A DNA stretch of 64,000 bases from Candidatus Marinacidobacterium sp. (GCA_965220965.1 OZ244852.1:480001-544000); one strand, 5' to 3'. Positions 1 to 10,916 are shown, numbered from the stretch's first letter. Notes: generated from the sequence alone by a model not told the origin. Program-made: numbers and translations.

Positions 1-864
1 GAAGGTCGGGCGGAACCGGATCGGCCGGAACCGGACCCCGGGCAGCTCCTCCTCGGCGAGCGCATCCTTCAGGCGCACGCCGTCCACCCAGGGGGCGCCC
101 ATCATCTCGAAGGGTCGCGTCGTCCCGCGCCCTTCGGAGAGCAGCGTCCCCTCGATAAGGCAGGCGCCGGGGTAGACCGCCGCGGTGTCCAGCGTGGGCA
201 TGTTCGGGGACGGGGGCGCGAAGGGGAGTCCGGTCTCGTCGAGCCAGGCATCCCGGCGCCAGCCGCTGCAGCCCACCACCACCAGGTCCGCTCCGATCCT
301 GTGCTTCCGGTTCAGGTGGCGGGCGATCTCGCCGGCGGTCATCCCGTGCCGGTTGGGGAGCGGGTAGAGACCGACGAACGAACGGTGGTCGTCCCGGACC
401 AGGTTGCCCTCCACCGCGCTCCCGATGGGATTCGGGCGGTCGAGCACGACGATCCGCTTGCCGAACTCCGCCGCCGCCTCCATGGCGTGCGCCATCGTCC
501 AGATGTAGGTGTAGTAGCGCGAGCCGATGTCCTGGATGTCGAAGACGAGCGCGTCGAGATCCTCCACCATCGCGCGGGTGGGCCGCCGCGTAGGCCCGTA
601 GAGGCTGATCAGCGGGACCCGGTCGCCGCCCGCGCCGCCGTCGGGGATCTCGACGAGATCCTGCTCCACCGCGTCGAAGCCGTGCTCGGGGGCGAAGAGC
701 CTGACGAGCCGGACGCCGGGAAGCCCGGCGACGACCTCCCGGGCGTGGCGCAGCGAGGCGTCCACCGAAGAGGGGTTCGCGATGAGCCCGACGCGGAGCC
801 CGGCGAGCAGCTCTCCCATTTCGGGGAGGCGGTCGAGTCCGCTCCGCACCGGTTCCGCGCCCAT
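1..864 (-). CDS. DUF1343 / NamZ-family exo-beta-N-acetylmuramidase (3' end runs off window)
   Basis: Manual translation from ATG at 864: MGAEPVRSGLDRL..VGLIANPSSVD..LFAPEHG..SLYG..VFDIQDIGSRYYTYIWTM..VLDRPNPIG, the DUF1343 motifs. Absent from the ORF track because the stop is outside the window. Confidence 0.88.
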   Translation of the reverse strand, partial: MGAEPVRSGLDRLPEMGELLAGLRVGLIANPSSVDASLRHAREVVAGLPGVRLVRLFAPEHGFDAVEQDLVEIPDGGAGGDRVPLISLYGPTRRPTRAMVEDLDALVFDIQDIGSRYYTYIWTMAHAMEAAAEFGKRIVVLDRPNPIGSAVEGNLVRDDHRSFVGLYPLPNRHGMTAGEIARHLNRKHRIGADLVVVGCSGWRRDAWLDETGLPFAPPSPNMPTLDTAAVYPGACLIEGTLLSEGRGTTRPFEMMGAPWVDGVRLKDALAEEELPGVRFRPIRFRPTF

Positions 865-959
865 GCGGGAAGCCTACGTGAGCCCGGGGGCGGCCGTTCC
901 CGCGCAGTGGGATACTTCGGGGTTCGCGTCGGCCCCCCGGCCGGCGGAAGGAGGCCCCC

Positions 960-2990
960 GTGACCCGCTCCCGTTCGATTCTTCTGATCGCCCTCGTCGC
1001 GGCGCTCGCGATTCCCCTGGGCGCCGCCGCCCAGGAGGACCGGTGGACGCCCGAGGTCTCCATGGAGTACCACCGGATCTCCGGCGTGGCGATCTCGCCC
1101 GACGGCTCGCTCGCGGCATTCGGGGTGACCCGTCCGCTGATGGAGGGCGAGATGTCCGAGTACCGGACGCGGATCCATGTGGTCCCGACCGCCGGAGGGG
1201 ACACCCTGGCGTGGACCCGCGCCGAGGATTCGGTGAGCTCGCCGGCGTTTTCCCCCGACGGACGGTTCCTGGCCTTCACCAGCTCGCGGAACGGGAAGCC
1301 GCAGGTCTTCGTCCTTCCGCTCGCCGGCGGGGAGGCCTGGCAGTTGACCCACGCCGAAAACGGCGTCCGCTCCTTCCGGTTCTCGCCGGACGGGCGGAGC
1401 GTCGCCTACACGATGACCGACCCCGAGACCGAAGAGGAGAAGACCCGGAAGAAGGAAAAGCGGGACGTGGAGCTGGTGGACCGCAACTTCAAGTACGCCC
1501 ACCTCTACGTGGCGCTCGCCGGGGACGGACCCGACCCGGACGCGGAGGATCGCCGGATCACCCGGGGCGACTTCCACGTCACCGGCTTCGACTGGTCGAG
1601 CAGCGACCGGATCGTCTTCACCCACCAGGCGGACCCCCGGATCAACACGAACCGGCGCTCGGGGGACCTCTCGGTGGTCCACCTGTTCGAAGGCGACATC
1701 ACCCTCCTGAGGGGAGGCGACGGGATCGAGAGTTCGCCCCGGGTCTCCCCCGACGGGGCCACGGTGGCGTTCCGCTCGACCGGGGACCAGCCCGAGCCCG
1801 TGGGGCTCGGCGATGTCTACACGGTCCCGGTCGAGGGCGGGCCGGCGACGAAGCTGGCCGAGACCCCCGACCGCAGCCCCGGCATCCTCGGCTGGTCCCG
1901 TGACGGGTCGCTGGTCTACGTCGCCGAGGCGCACCGGACTTCACGGCGGATGTTCGCGCTCCCCGCGGACGGCGGCGCCCCGGTCGCGGTGACCACCGGC
2001 GACGGGGTCTTCCGTTCCCCGGCGGTCGCTGCGGACGCGGACGTGATGGCCTTCACCCACGAATCACCGGAGACCCCGTGGCAGGTCTTCGCCGCCGATC
2101 TGGGCGCCGGAGGGAGTCCGCCGGACGCCTTCCAGCCCCGTCAACTGACCGATCTTCACGCCGGGGCCCCCCGGCCCGCCATGGGGCTGACGCGCGTGCT
2201 CGACTGGGAGTCCCCCGACGGGACGCCGGTCGAAGGGCTCCTGACGCTTCCCCCCCACTACCGGGAGGGCCAGCGGGTCCCCCTCATCCTGAATGTCCAC
2301 GGAGGCCCCGCCGGGGTCTACTCGGAGACGTTCACCGGGGCCCCCTCGATCTACATGCTCCAGTACTTCGCCGCCGAGGGGTTCGCGATCCTGCGGCCCA
2401 ACCCCCGCGGCTCCACCGGCTACGGGAAGGAGTTCCGCTTCGCGAACATCATGGACTGGGGCTTCGGCGACATGGACGACCTGATGGCGGGCGTGGATCT
2501 CGTGATCGAACAGGGCGTCGCCGACCCCTCGCGGCTCTTCATCATGGGCTGGAGCTACGGCGGCTACATGACCTCGTTCGCGGTGACCCGCACCGACCGC
2601 TTCGTCGCCGCCAGCATGGGCGCCGGCCTGCCCAACCTGATCAGCATGGTGACGACGACCGACATCCAGGACTATCTCGCCGCCCACCAGGGAGGCGAGT
2701 TCTGGGAGGACTTCGAGGTCTACGAGGCCCATTCGGCGATCTACCGGATCGCCGAGGTCACGACGCCGACCCAGGTGATCCACGGCGCGGAGGATCTCCG
2801 CGTCCCCTTCACCCAGGGGCAGGAGTTCTACCGGGCGCTCGACCGGCTGGGCGTTCCCACCGAGATGGTCGTCTACCCGCGGACCCCCCACGGGCCGCGG
2901 GAGCCGAAGTTCCTGATGGACGTGTCGGAGCGGATCCTCACCTGGTTCCGCCAGCACACGCCGGCGCCCGCGACCACGATGGAGCCCTGA
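960..2990 (+). CDS. S9-family peptidase with signal peptide and PD40 beta-propeller
   Basis: Signal peptide, SPDG repeats, HGGP, nucleophile GWSYGG, D in HGAEDLRVP, H in RTPHG. Confidence 0.93.
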   Translation: MTRSRSILLIALVAALAIPLGAAAQEDRWTPEVSMEYHRISGVAISPDGSLAAFGVTRPLMEGEMSEYRTRIHVVPTAGGDTLAWTRAEDSVSSPAFSPDGRFLAFTSSRNGKPQVFVLPLAGGEAWQLTHAENGVRSFRFSPDGRSVAYTMTDPETEEEKTRKKEKRDVELVDRNFKYAHLYVALAGDGPDPDAEDRRITRGDFHVTGFDWSSSDRIVFTHQADPRINTNRRSGDLSVVHLFEGDITLLRGGDGIESSPRVSPDGATVAFRSTGDQPEPVGLGDVYTVPVEGGPATKLAETPDRSPGILGWSRDGSLVYVAEAHRTSRRMFALPADGGAPVAVTTGDGVFRSPAVAADADVMAFTHESPETPWQVFAADLGAGGSPPDAFQPRQLTDLHAGAPRPAMGLTRVLDWESPDGTPVEGLLTLPPHYREGQRVPLILNVHGGPAGVYSETFTGAPSIYMLQYFAAEGFAILRPNPRGSTGYGKEFRFANIMDWGFGDMDDLMAGVDLVIEQGVADPSRLFIMGWSYGGYMTSFAVTRTDRFVAASMGAGLPNLISMVTTTDIQDYLAAHQGGEFWEDFEVYEAHSAIYRIAEVTTPTQVIHGAEDLRVPFTQGQEFYRALDRLGVPTEMVVYPRTPHGPREPKFLMDVSERILTWFRQHTPAPATTMEP

Positions 2991-3015
2991 GGAGAGCCCC
3001 CGGGCCGGGCGGGGA

Positions 3016-5574
3016 TTACTCCCGCCCGAGCGCCCGGGCCTCCTCGGCGAACTTCACGTAGATCGCGCGGGCTTCATCGAACTGGGCGTAGACGTGCGCC
3101 TGCTCCGCCTCGGAGCGCCAGTAGGGCCACTCCTCCGCCATCTCGCGCAGCCGGTCGACCCAGCGGATGGAGTACTCCGCCGCCGCCAGGCTCCGCACCG
3201 GCTCGTCGCCGGCGAGCGCCCAGACCGGGTTCGTGAAGGCCTGCGGGTAGGCGCAGTCGAGCGGGCGCCGGTCCTCCGGCCCGCCCTCGGCCCGGACCAG
3301 GATCCAGGTGCTGTGGGGGATCTCGAGCGTGCCGGATCCGCTGGCCGACTTCTGGTCGGCCGAGAGTGGAACCTCGGCGACATCCTCGCCGCCGGCCACG
3401 ATCCAGACCCGGTCGAGCGGCGTGATGGAACGCACGCCGACCTTCCAGGAGACCTCGCCTCCACCCTCGGCGAGGCGCACCTCGTCTCCGGGAATCCGGT
3501 TGTTGATCCGGAAGTCGATCAGCGGGCCGCAGCTCACGAAGGCGTGACCGTTTCGCAGTCCGGCCAGCCAGGCGTCCATATCGAGGCCGGCCTCGCCGGT
3601 GTGGATGTAGGTCTTGATGGATCCCACGAGCTTGCTCCGCTGCATGTCGCTGATCGAGTCCTCACCCCCGACCGCCGTGACCCGCAGACCGTTGCTCAGC
3701 GTGGCGTACCACGGATGGAAACCGGAGCGCGAGGCGGAAGACCACTCCACCGCGTGGGTCTCGCCGAGCGCGGCGTCCACCATGTAGCCCTTGGCTCCTC
3801 CGAGGGCGCCGGGTCCGCCGTCGGGGCCGACGAGCGGATCGCTCTCGCCGAAGAAGGCGTGGACATAGCCGACGGTGGCCCCTTGCGCCTTCGCCTTGCG
3901 GAACATGTCGGTGTTCGAGGGGTAGAGGCTCTCGATCGCCGTGCCCTCGTAGCCGGTGGTGTAGGGCGAGAGCAGGTGGGTTTCGAGGTCGAACATGAAG
4001 ACATGGCCGTAGAACGGCGGCCGGTATTCCTGTCCGACGATGAGGAGCATTTCATCGGTCGAGAGCGGGTGGGCGCCGCCGCCGGGGACGAAGTACTGGT
4101 AGTCGAGGATGCGGTTGTCCTTGTTGGCGACCTGCTCGAGAACGATGTCCTGGTCCTCGGCGTCCGACATGAACATGAGGTTCTCGAGCGTGTTCCCGAG
4201 GTTGCCTCCGTAGTTCATGTGGATGTGGGTCGATCCGCTCAGCCAGCCGAGCGCCGCCATGTCGGTGATCGGCGCGAGCCGCAGGGTGGCCGCGGTGACC
4301 TCTCCCTCGCGGATCTCCAGGGTCTCTGACGCGGGTTCGAACTCGAAGCCGCGCACCGCCTCGACCTCGACCGGACCGACCGGGAGTTCGAGCCGGAAGC
4401 TCCCCGCCTGATGGAAGATGTTCTCGTCGGAGCCTCCAACCCGGGCGTAGGCGTCGGGCGGAGCGTAAAACCGGCCGTCCGAGGCGGTCAGGTGGATGCG
4501 CGAGGCGACTTCCTCTCCGGTGGAGTCGTCCACCGTCCGCACCGAGAGGACGCCGACCGGCCGTTTCCAGAGCCTCCGGGTGATCCGGACCGGCCGCCGC
4601 TCGCCGCCGTAGGTCTCGAGCAGCTCGAGCTGGGGCAGGCCGTGTTCGTTCGAGATGAACGCGATCCACTCTCCGTCGGGCGACCAGCGCGCATGGAAGG
4701 CGTCGTGGTTGAAGAACGTGAGCTTGTAGGGCGAGCCGCCGTCGGTCGGCTGGACGTACAGGTTCGCGAACTGGTCGGCCGCGCCGGCGGTCGAGGAGTA
4801 GATGAAGCGCTTCCCGTCGAGCGACACGTCGGGGCGGGTGCGGTAGAGCGACTGCTCGGCCAGCACCGTCGTCCCCTCGTCGAAGCCCTGCGCCGCCAGC
4901 GGGACGCGGATCACGTTGCCCGACCCCAGCGGGACCTCGTGGTTCGAGATCATCAGCAGCTCCCGGGAGTCGGGCATCCACGCCGGAGAGATGTGCATGT
5001 CCCAGGGCCCGAAGTAGAGCCGGTTGTTCCCGTAGTCCTCGTCCCGCGTGAGGGCGAGCTCCTCTCCCTGGAAGTCCCCGTCGGCGAACTCGCGCACGTA
5101 GACGTTGAAGTAACCCGAGGGCTTCGTCGAGACATAGGCGAGCCGCCGCCCGTCGGGCGAGAAGGCCGGGTCCATGTAGAGGAACTCGTCGTCCGCCAGC
5201 ATCCGGCTCTCACCGGTCGCCACATTCAGGACCCCCAGGCCGAAGGTCTCGTGGTTCCGGTCCACCGTGTAGACGATGAACCTCCCGTCGGGAGACCAGG
5301 TCGGCATCGAGTGGTATCCGGGACCCGCCGTGAGCTCCTCGGCGAAGCCGGTCGCGGGATCGACCCTCCAGATGGAGCCCGACATCGCGACCGCGATGCT
5401 CTCGCCGTCCGGCGCCCAGGCCGGCGCCCACGGTGTGCTCGAGGGCGACGGCGGGAAGTAGAAGTTGTGCATGTAGTTGCCGCCGTGGCGCGCCGGGGCG
5501 TAGGCGCCAGTCGGCTGGGCCGACACGGAGGCGGCCGTCAGCAGGCAGATGGCCAGGGGAAGGCGGGGCGACAT
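3016..5574 (-). CDS. Secreted TolB/PD40-repeat protein fused to CehA/McbA-type (PHP-like) metallohydrolase
   Basis: Start MSPRLPLAICLL at 5574; WSPDG repeats; GSTHIHMNYGG, GQEYRPPFYGH, GYVH and GGEDS motifs. Confidence 0.8.
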   Translation of the reverse strand: MSPRLPLAICLLTAASVSAQPTGAYAPARHGGNYMHNFYFPPSPSSTPWAPAWAPDGESIAVAMSGSIWRVDPATGFAEELTAGPGYHSMPTWSPDGRFIVYTVDRNHETFGLGVLNVATGESRMLADDEFLYMDPAFSPDGRRLAYVSTKPSGYFNVYVREFADGDFQGEELALTRDEDYGNNRLYFGPWDMHISPAWMPDSRELLMISNHEVPLGSGNVIRVPLAAQGFDEGTTVLAEQSLYRTRPDVSLDGKRFIYSSTAGAADQFANLYVQPTDGGSPYKLTFFNHDAFHARWSPDGEWIAFISNEHGLPQLELLETYGGERRPVRITRRLWKRPVGVLSVRTVDDSTGEEVASRIHLTASDGRFYAPPDAYARVGGSDENIFHQAGSFRLELPVGPVEVEAVRGFEFEPASETLEIREGEVTAATLRLAPITDMAALGWLSGSTHIHMNYGGNLGNTLENLMFMSDAEDQDIVLEQVANKDNRILDYQYFVPGGGAHPLSTDEMLLIVGQEYRPPFYGHVFMFDLETHLLSPYTTGYEGTAIESLYPSNTDMFRKAKAQGATVGYVHAFFGESDPLVGPDGGPGALGGAKGYMVDAALGETHAVEWSSASRSGFHPWYATLSNGLRVTAVGGEDSISDMQRSKLVGSIKTYIHTGEAGLDMDAWLAGLRNGHAFVSCGPLIDFRINNRIPGDEVRLAEGGGEVSWKVGVRSITPLDRVWIVAGGEDVAEVPLSADQKSASGSGTLEIPHSTWILVRAEGGPEDRRPLDCAYPQAFTNPVWALAGDEPVRSLAAAEYSIRWVDRLREMAEEWPYWRSEAEQAHVYAQFDEARAIYVKFAEEARALGRE

Positions 5575-5609
5575 GGTTCGTTCCTCCCGGAATACCGATT
5601 TCGGAAACA

Positions 5610-7688
5610 TCAGACGGGCGGATGGCCGGAGGGCGTCAAGCGCTCCCGGATCCGTGGCTGTTCGGGGTCGACTTCGAGGGAGCGCCGGAAGGCCTCGCGG
5701 GCCCTGTCCGGCTCCTGAAGCGCGAGAAAGGCTTCCCCGAGCGCATTCAGGACGCCGGGGCGCGGGGGCCCGAGCGTGGTGGCCCGCTCCAGGTGGACCA
5801 CGGCGCTCGGGTAGTTCTGTTTCAGATGGAACCCCAGGCCCAGCCCGACGGCTACCTCGTACTGGTCGCGGTGGGTGTGCTCGAGCGGGAGCAGCAGCGC
5901 GAGCGCCGCCTCGGCCCGGCCGGCGCGGAGGTGCGCGGCGGCCAGCTTCCACTTCGCCTGGGGAACCTCGGGGTCGCCTTCGGCCACCGCGCGCCGGAAG
6001 CTGGCCTCGGCCTCCGGGAAGCGGCCCTGCGCCCAGTGCTGGTCCCCGAGGACGACCTCCCGCAGCGCGGTCCGCTCCCAGTCGAAGCTGCGCCGGGCGA
6101 AGACCCCGGCGCGGGGAATCTGGCCGCGGGGCGAGACCACGACAGGCTCGCTGGCTTCAGCCAGCAGGGCGCCCGAGCCGTCGAGCAGCGCGACGCGGAA
6201 CCGGTAGCGCCCGGGGGCCACCCCCTCGAGCGGAAACGGTTCCGCGATCAGCCCAGGCTCGTCCTCGCGGACCGCTCGCCGGCGCTCCTGGACGACCTCT
6301 CCATCCAGCAGCAAGCTGAAGTCGATCTCCTGCGGAGGCGCGGCTGACAGCAACTGGAAGGCGCAGTGCAGGGTGTCGCCGATCGCGTAGACCCCGCCCG
6401 GCGCCGGGTGGATCCGGGTGGGCCCCGCCTGGAAGGTCCGGAAGGCTCCGGGGCCGTCCGGCATCGTCTCGGTCCGGAAGCCGAGCACCAGGTCGCTGAT
6501 CGCCGGTCGCCCGGGCGTCAGCTCCGGAACGCTCACCGGGCGTTCGGCCACCGTGTACTCCGAGGAGACGCGGTTGCGCAGGATCAGGATCACGTCGTAC
6601 TCGCCGGGAACGAGCGGCACGCCGTCCTGGTAGGCGAACGTCGAGCCGCGTACGCTCTCGAGCTGCTCGCCGCTCAACTGGACGAACGCCTCCTTCTCGT
6701 CGGCGAGGACGAGACGGCCGGCGGGGTCGGTCACCTCGAGGCTGGCGTCGAGCGTCGTGAAGGCGCGGGTTCCGTCGCGGTTCCGGTCGAGCGCCAGACG
6801 TTCCAGATCCACTTCCACGCTGAAGTGGAGGTAGGGGTTGCGCTGCGGCCCGAAGAGGACCGCGAAGCTGGCTTCGCTGGGAACGAAGTTGAACGAGTAC
6901 TCCGCCGAGACCCGGTTCCGGTAGCGCTCCCAGGCGTCGAGGTCGTCGTTCCGGATGGCGAGCGTCGGAGACGTCTCGATGCGCGCCAGGACGGCCGCCG
7001 AACCGAGCCCGACCGTGCCCCCCCGGAAATCGACCGGCTCGGAGGCGTCGATCGCCAGCGCGGCCCGGGCGAGCTCCGGCGAGATCTGCCGGAGCTGCTC
7101 CATGTCCTGTTCCGGGAAGGAGCGCGCCGGCCCCCGGAGCAGATCGCCCGGCACATCCGCGCCCGGCAGGAACAGACGGTAGTCGGCCGCCTCCTGCCTC
7201 CGGAAGAACACCAGATGGAAGAAGGAGGGGAGGTTGCGGGTCCGGTCGCCCTGGTAGAACCAGAGCTGCGTGTCGTAGAGGTTGTTGTGGAACTCGAAGT
7301 TCTCGATGCTCCGGGGAGGCCCGAGGAGGATGTGCATGCGCCCCCGGTCCGTTCGCCAGCCGGGAGCAAACGCTTCGCCCTGGAGTTCGCGGTTCGCGAA
7401 GTCGACGCGGCGTTCGTGCTCTTCCCTGAACTCGTTGTGCGGCGTTCCCGGGACCGGGTCGCGCTTCCGCCAGAACGCCTCGATGAAGCGCTCCCGCTCC
7501 AGCGGGCCGGAAAGCGAGGCGAAGACCTCCGCCTCCCGTTCGGTGATGATGTAGACGACCTCTTCCTCGAGCCAGCGACGGTCCTCGGCGGTCATCTCCT
7601 CCTGGCCGGCCGCGGCTGCGGGCTCGACCGCGGCCAGGACTCCGGCCGCCAGCAGCAGCGACGGCAGACGCGATGGCCGGACTTTCAG
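5610..7688 (-). CDS. GWxTD domain protein with C-terminal TPR repeats (start uncertain)
   Basis: WLEEEVVYIIT..FIEAFWRKRDP..GWRTDRGRMHILLGPP; TPR-like tail. The ORF extension to 9311 is antisense to the TonB gene. Confidence 0.88.
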   Translation of the reverse strand: MKVRPSRLPSLLLAAGVLAAVEPAAAAGQEEMTAEDRRWLEEEVVYIITEREAEVFASLSGPLERERFIEAFWRKRDPVPGTPHNEFREEHERRVDFANRELQGEAFAPGWRTDRGRMHILLGPPRSIENFEFHNNLYDTQLWFYQGDRTRNLPSFFHLVFFRRQEAADYRLFLPGADVPGDLLRGPARSFPEQDMEQLRQISPELARAALAIDASEPVDFRGGTVGLGSAAVLARIETSPTLAIRNDDLDAWERYRNRVSAEYSFNFVPSEASFAVLFGPQRNPYLHFSVEVDLERLALDRNRDGTRAFTTLDASLEVTDPAGRLVLADEKEAFVQLSGEQLESVRGSTFAYQDGVPLVPGEYDVILILRNRVSSEYTVAERPVSVPELTPGRPAISDLVLGFRTETMPDGPGAFRTFQAGPTRIHPAPGGVYAIGDTLHCAFQLLSAAPPQEIDFSLLLDGEVVQERRRAVREDEPGLIAEPFPLEGVAPGRYRFRVALLDGSGALLAEASEPVVVSPRGQIPRAGVFARRSFDWERTALREVVLGDQHWAQGRFPEAEASFRRAVAEGDPEVPQAKWKLAAAHLRAGRAEAALALLLPLEHTHRDQYEVAVGLGLGFHLKQNYPSAVVHLERATTLGPPRPGVLNALGEAFLALQEPDRAREAFRRSLEVDPEQPRIRERLTPSGHPPV

Positions 7689-7883
7689 ATGGAGGCTCCC
7701 GGGTGCGGAACGTAGCAGGGGCGCGGCGCGGAGGGCAATGCGGGCGGAGGCGCGCCCCGGCGGCGAACCCCCGGCGCGCGACCGCGCCGCAGCAGGTTGC
7801 GGCGCTTCCTGGCCTTCGGGTACATAATGGGGAAGGAGCCACTCGAGTCGGTCTTGGACTCTGATGACTCCAGGGAGTTGGTC

Positions 7884-10823
7884 ATGTCGCGATCCTTCGT
7901 TCTCGCTCTCGCTGGCGCCGTGCTCGGGACGGCGGTCGCCGCCCAGGAGTCGGCGACCCTCTCCGGTCGGGTGGAGGACACCTCGGGTGGAGCGCTGCCC
8001 GGCGTGACCGTCACCGTGACCGAGAACGCCACCGGGCGTTCGGACACCGTCGTGACCGACGCCGAGGGCGGCTTCCGGGTGGCCGCGCTTCCTCCCGGGG
8101 TCTACCGGGTGGAGGCGACGCTCTCGGGGTTCGCCAACATGCTCCTGCCCGAGATCGAGCTGCTCGTCGGGCAAAACGCCAGCGTCACGATCCAGATGGC
8201 GCTCGCCGGCGTCGAGGAGACGATCACGGTCACCGCGGAGTCGCCGCTGGTGGACCTGCTGTCCTCCGAAGTCGCCGGCAACGTGGACCGCCGGATGATG
8301 GAGGAGCTGCCGGTTCAGGGACGTAACTGGATGGAGCTCGCGCTGCTGGTGCGCGGCATCACCGCGAACGACACGAACAACAACCGTCCGGGCATCGCCC
8401 GCGACGAGAGCTTCCAGCTCAACCTGGACGGCCAGCAGATCACCCAGCAGGTGGCGAGTTCGTTCTTCGGCCAGCCCAAGTTCAGCCGGGAGGCGATCGC
8501 CGAGTTCCAGATCGTCACGAACCAGTTCGACATCACCCAGGGGCGCTCCTCCGGCGGCCAGGTGAACGCGATCACCCGGTCCGGGACGAACGACTTCACG
8601 ATGAGCGCCTACGGCTACTTCCGGGACGACCGCTTCAACGCCGAGGACCATGTTGCCGAGCGCGTGCTTCCGTTCGAGAACCAGCAGATTGGCGGCGTCA
8701 TAGGCGGCCCGATCGTCGAGGACCGGATCCACTACTTCCTGTCCTACGAATACGAGCGGCAGCCGGGCAGCGTCTTCGTGGAGCCGCCCCGCCTCCCGGG
8801 ACAGGAGTGGGTGTTCGACACGCCGCAATACCAGAACAGCTTCACCGCCCGGGTGGACCAGACGGCGTCCGACAACGATCAGCTCTCCTACCGCATGTCC
8901 TACTGGGACTTCGAGACCGCGTTCGACATGACGAGCACGCAGCATCCCTCGAACGCGCGGGCGCGGACGCAGGACTCGCTGAACGCCCTCGCGACCTGGA
9001 CGCGCCGGTGGAACGACGAGGTCTTCACCGAGCTCAAGATCGGCTACAACGGCTTCGAATGGTCGAACCTGCTGGCCGACACCTCGGTCGGGGGTTGCGA
9101 CCAGTCCTTCGGAAACCAGCAGATGGATCAGACCACCTGCCAGCCCAACTACGTCTTCCCGGGGATCACCTTCGGCGGTCCGCGGAACTTCCCCCAACTG
9201 TTCACGCAGGATCTCGGTTCCGCGCGCTTCCAGTTGAACTGGAGCCGCGAGAACCACGACTGGAAGATCGGCGGCGAGTTCCTCGGCTGGGTTGACGGCG
9301 GTGAGTGGCACCTGCTCGAGCGCGGCGAGTTCATCTTCAACTCGAGGCCGGACGACCTCGACCGCCGGTTCCCGCAGGAGTGCGCCTTCAACCCCTCGTG
9401 CTGGGACGTCAGCGGGCTCGATGCGACGGTGGCCCGCTTCAGCCAGAACGTCGGCAACTGGGTCATCGACATCCCGCGGCCCACGGTCGCCTTCTGGGTG
9501 GGAGACACCTGGCGCATGTCGGAGGAACTGGTCGTGAACTTCGGCCTCCGCTACGACCTCGACTGGGGCGCGCTGGCTCCTCCCGGCAACGACATCATGA
9601 CGCCCTTCGCGGGCGCCAGTTCAGGCCGGAGCGCCGGCGACTCGCTCTACAAGTGGGACATCCGGGATCTGGACAACTTCGCGCCGCGCGCGGGTTTCGC
9701 GTATGACGTGGGCGGGACCGGCGATCTGGTCATCCGCGGCGGATCGGGCATCTACCACACGATCAGCGTTTCGAACGTTACGTTCAGCCAGCAGTCATTC
9801 AACGGGCAGCGGATCCTGGTGAACTCGTTCCCGAACGACGGGCTTCCCGGTTTCCTCCAGGACCCGACGCGCGGGGTGACGCCCGCGCAGATCCTGAATG
9901 GGGAGGTTCCGGTGCCGCCGCAGGCGCCGCGGACCATCGCCCACGACTTTCAGATGCCCTACACCTGGCAGACTTCGATCGGCTTCCAGAAGCAGTTTGG
10001 TCTGCTGTGGGGTTTCGAGTCCGACCTGCTCTACTGGCACGAATACAACACGCCCCGCGCCACCGATCCGAACCAGATCTTTGATCCGGTGACGGGTTAC
10101 AACCTCAATATCGGCGAGTTTGGCCGGCTGGACCCCAAGTTCACGCAGATCCGTTACATCGAGAGCACCGGCGAACAGGATTACCTCGCGCTCTCGAGTG
10201 GCCTGCGCCGACGGTTTGGTGACAACTTCCAGGTCAACCTGACCCATACCATCATGTTCTGGAAGGAGGACGACACCACCGGCTGGTTCAACTTCCCGAA
10301 CAACACCTTCGATCCGGACTCCGAGTGGGCCACCTCGCTCGACTTCCAGCGAAACACGTTCCGGATCAACGGCGTCTACCAGTTGCCCTGGGACTTCACG
10401 GTCTCGGGCGCCTACTTCTACGGCTCCGGGAACCGGTTCGCCACCTCGATCGGAGGACGCCCCTTCGGCAAGACGGCGAGCACCAACCGGCTGAACCTGG
10501 GTGACCCGATTACAGTGAATCCCGACATGCTGTCGCGATTCGACGGGCCGTCCACGATCGGCTCCGGTCCCGGAAACGAGGCGCCGCGAAACGCGCTCAT
10601 GGGCGAGGCGATCCACAAGGTGGACTTCCGGCTGACCAAGTCGCTGGTGCTGGGAGACATCCGGATCTCGGCCATCGCCGAGGTGTTCAACCTGCTGAAC
10701 CACGCCAACCACGGCGCCTACAACGGGACGATCGACTCGAGCACGTTTGGGGAGCCCCGTCAGGTGACCTCCACGGCCTACGGGCCGCGCGCCGCCCAGT
10801 TCGCCGTCCGCATCGAGTACTGA
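7884..10823 (+). CDS. TonB-dependent receptor (Oar-type, N-terminal carboxypeptidase-regulatory-like domain)
   Basis: Signal peptide, LSGRVEDTSGGALPGVTVT, LPVQGRNW, NFAPRAGFAYD, C-terminal QFAVRIEY; GGGAG before ATG 7884. Confidence 0.92.
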   Translation: MSRSFVLALAGAVLGTAVAAQESATLSGRVEDTSGGALPGVTVTVTENATGRSDTVVTDAEGGFRVAALPPGVYRVEATLSGFANMLLPEIELLVGQNASVTIQMALAGVEETITVTAESPLVDLLSSEVAGNVDRRMMEELPVQGRNWMELALLVRGITANDTNNNRPGIARDESFQLNLDGQQITQQVASSFFGQPKFSREAIAEFQIVTNQFDITQGRSSGGQVNAITRSGTNDFTMSAYGYFRDDRFNAEDHVAERVLPFENQQIGGVIGGPIVEDRIHYFLSYEYERQPGSVFVEPPRLPGQEWVFDTPQYQNSFTARVDQTASDNDQLSYRMSYWDFETAFDMTSTQHPSNARARTQDSLNALATWTRRWNDEVFTELKIGYNGFEWSNLLADTSVGGCDQSFGNQQMDQTTCQPNYVFPGITFGGPRNFPQLFTQDLGSARFQLNWSRENHDWKIGGEFLGWVDGGEWHLLERGEFIFNSRPDDLDRRFPQECAFNPSCWDVSGLDATVARFSQNVGNWVIDIPRPTVAFWVGDTWRMSEELVVNFGLRYDLDWGALAPPGNDIMTPFAGASSGRSAGDSLYKWDIRDLDNFAPRAGFAYDVGGTGDLVIRGGSGIYHTISVSNVTFSQQSFNGQRILVNSFPNDGLPGFLQDPTRGVTPAQILNGEVPVPPQAPRTIAHDFQMPYTWQTSIGFQKQFGLLWGFESDLLYWHEYNTPRATDPNQIFDPVTGYNLNIGEFGRLDPKFTQIRYIESTGEQDYLALSSGLRRRFGDNFQVNLTHTIMFWKEDDTTGWFNFPNNTFDPDSEWATSLDFQRNTFRINGVYQLPWDFTVSGAYFYGSGNRFATSIGGRPFGKTASTNRLNLGDPITVNPDMLSRFDGPSTIGSGPGNEAPRNALMGEAIHKVDFRLTKSLVLGDIRISAIAEVFNLLNHANHGAYNGTIDSSTFGEPRQVTSTAYGPRAAQFAVRIEY

Positions 10824-10854
10824 CCGGCGCGGCGCTCCCGCGCCGCCAGCCCAC

Positions 10855-10881
10855 GCCCGGGCGGGACCAACCCGCCCGGGC
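10855..10881. terminator. GC-rich hairpin between convergent genes
   Basis: GCCCGGGCGGG-ACCAA-CCCGCCCGGGC, 11-bp stem; no clear U-tract. Confidence 0.55.
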
Positions 10882-10916
10882 CGTCCTCTCAGGGGATCAG
10901 TCAGGGGTGGTTCGTT

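Noticed and set aside
7689-9311. N-terminal extension of the 1233-aa ORF
   Set aside because: Antisense shadow of the TonB receptor; the GWxTD protein starts near 7690.
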